Shown here: piece after piece, positions 62,101 to 64,000 of the stretch
Numbering within the stretch: position 1 is the stretch's first letter
Layout: each line of letters begins with the position of its first letter
From: Yuukianura sp. NJ FZ-2021
Lineage: Eukaryota
DNA: 64,000 bases
Assembly (NCBI GenBank): GCA_046563655.1
Contig: CM102286.1
Coordinates: 4,960,001-5,024,000, forward strand
Direction of reading: 5' to 3'
Program-made: the position numbers and the translations under genes
The notes under the pieces: model-generated
What the model was told of the DNA's origin: nothing
The model's database searches: none
Seen by the model: the letters and a program-made list of their open reading frames with translations, nothing else

Positions 62101-62799
62101 AAAAAAAACTCCAGAAAGCAGTGAATTACGAGAGAAATGTCCATTTTGTGCAGAAATTAATTCACGACAAAATGAAGATATTTTATACTTTCACTGCATC
62201 TAATTTCCCAGTTTTGTAAACTATTTAGAAAGTTTAAAACGTCGTCACTCAACATCGTTCTCCGCTAAAAGTAGGTTAGTGGATTTGCAATTTCACTTAA
62301 AATAAAATTTGGTTTTGCAATACTAAAAACCAAATTCAAAAGAAAGTTGATTGCCGATTATGAAATGCCTTTGTACCACCGAATTTGAAAACGCTCAATT
62401 TGAAACCGTATGTTTGCTAAGTCTACATCAACTGCGCCAACTCATAATGAGTTTTCATTCGCCGAATTTTGTTAAGGTTATTCGAAACCTGTTATTTGCA
62501 TAAATCGGCAACAAAAAGGCACACTTTAGTGTTGTTTTGTTATAAAAGTCTCATTTCCTCTGAAGTATTTTAAAATTCTGGACATGCAGGTAGTAAACTC
62601 ACATTAATTCAGGATGGAATCGATGAATTATGGCACAAAAAGCCATGCCATTTCTCCAAGACGTTGTCATGTTCGTAACTTTTACTCCACGGTATCCCTT
62701 TGTGACTTCTTTACACCACGAGAGCAAGTCTTTACTCAGCGTGCCCGAGCCCGTAGTCGCTCCTAGTCCCACCATGACAGGCGGAGCAGCCTTTTTCAC
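50160..62799 (-). CDS. EHBP1: EH domain-binding protein 1 (CH + bMERB domains, C-terminal CaaX); 5' part not resolved or beyond the window
   Basis: CH domain exons 62799-62603 ([35 protein letters not shown]) and 61797-61621 ([19 protein letters not shown]). Low-complexity exons lie at 61355-59410. bMERB exons are ~59347-59227, ~59148-59048 ([14 protein letters not shown]), 57683-57610 and 53317-53213. The last exon 50247-50160 ends ..ESCVLQ* (CaaX, as in vertebrate EHBP1). Confidence 0.93.
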
Positions 62800-64000
62800 C
62801 TGGCAAAGAATCAGAAGTAATAACAGTTAGTCCAATTAAGCTCAAATAGAGAAATAACCATTTGTTCTCATCCACCATAAATGAGTATGTGAGCCACAAC
62901 CTTAATTGACACGCCCTGAGAGAGATCAAGTGGTCATGGTCCCTTGTACTACTAAGGACAAGGAACGAATAGGAAAATACAATATTTAAGGAACAGTTCC
63001 AATACACGACTTCAGGAGTCTCCTGACTTTTACTAATTTAGAAGTTTCCACAAGAATGGGAAATAGGAGAAAAAGAAATGAATAAAACAAATAGAAAGTA
63101 ATGAAAACAAATGGTTCTCTTTTACTTTGCTCTCTCTTTCTCCTTCCAACGACTCTCTTCAACTCGATTGTCTTCCATTGGAGTCGTCTTTCCCATTTGG
63201 ACGAGAGAGAACAAAAATAGGGAAAGGTAAAGAGCAAAGAAAAAAACTTTAAGTCGAGTTCGGTTAGTGAAATTAAATTTGGGATTGAATTTGAGAGAGG
63301 TTTCGAAACTAAGGCACAATGGAGAAGGGTTTTGAGAAGACGCGAAAAGATTCTGGCAAGAAAAAGAAAGTGAAAGTGGATCCGAAAATTCGATTCAGTA
63401 GTATTTATTTCTTCAATGCTTTTGTTAGAAAGAAAAGAAAACGTGGGAAATTCCACTTGTTACTGACAAAATGCGCATGAAGATTCATAAATCAAACTAA
63501 AATTACTATGCCTGAACATATTTTATCAGACACAAAATGCGTTCTAGTCTAACAGCAATGCTTTAGAAATTAAGCATTGACTACATATGTACTGAGAATG
63601 GACAATAATATCACATGCAGGTATTAAAATTGGGTTCAGCTTTCACCGACTGTTGATTTTCAAAACGTATTTTAAAAATCAATAGATTGATCAGTTTCAA
63701 ATTTAACATCAAGGCCAATTCCGGGTATTGATGTAGACTTTGTCGAGCTAGATGTTTCGTTTCTGGCTTTTACTCAACACTGACTAATTAACGCAAACTT
63801 TAAAATCAGCTTACCGTGAAAGCCGTTTTGTGCTATGCTTATTAGACAATATCAAAATTGTTTTTTAAAAATTCTTCTCTATTAGGCTAAATTCGTTGAA
63901 GTTCGTGATAAGTGGCTCCCTTCGCCGGGACTCACATCGAATATAGCGTAGAGGCCCTTCAATAAACATAAGTTGACGCCTAGAAAAATATTGTTAGAAA

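Noticed and set aside
62986..63456. 156-aa minus-strand ORF upstream of the EHBP1 CH exon
   Set aside because: It is Phe/Leu-rich translation of pyrimidine-rich intronic or UTR sequence with no EHBP1 (NT-C2) similarity.

Overview
Eukaryotic, AT-rich, intron-containing animal DNA with mostly very short (about 55-90 nt) introns. It is probably a hexapod or other arthropod; a springtail-like genome is my inference from the compactness and the 7TM family. The first 20 kb is gene-dense: a four-copy tandem array of 3-exon GR/OR-like multi-pass membrane genes (two intact, two pseudogenes), a bacterial-type HutD/Ves gene carrying one intron (candidate horizontal transfer), a DBH-like copper monooxygenase (MOXD1-like), CHPF with the ciliary dynein light chain DNALI1 nested antisense in an intron, VMA21 and GLRX5. 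The region from 20 to 64 kb is gene-poor and regulatory. It holds two tandem Otx/orthodenticle paralogs on the + strand and, convergent to them, EHBP1, whose Otx-proximal introns are greatly enlarged, matching the ancient Otx-Ehbp1 microsynteny. The most notable unexplained signals are an (AA)GGGCCC(TT)-type motif concentrated in the Otx/EHBP1 non-coding domain, a hairpin-rich last intron of the second Otx gene whose retention would remove the Otx tail, and a 35-nt near-identical patch shared by the two homeoboxes. All splice models were read by eye and no searches were run.
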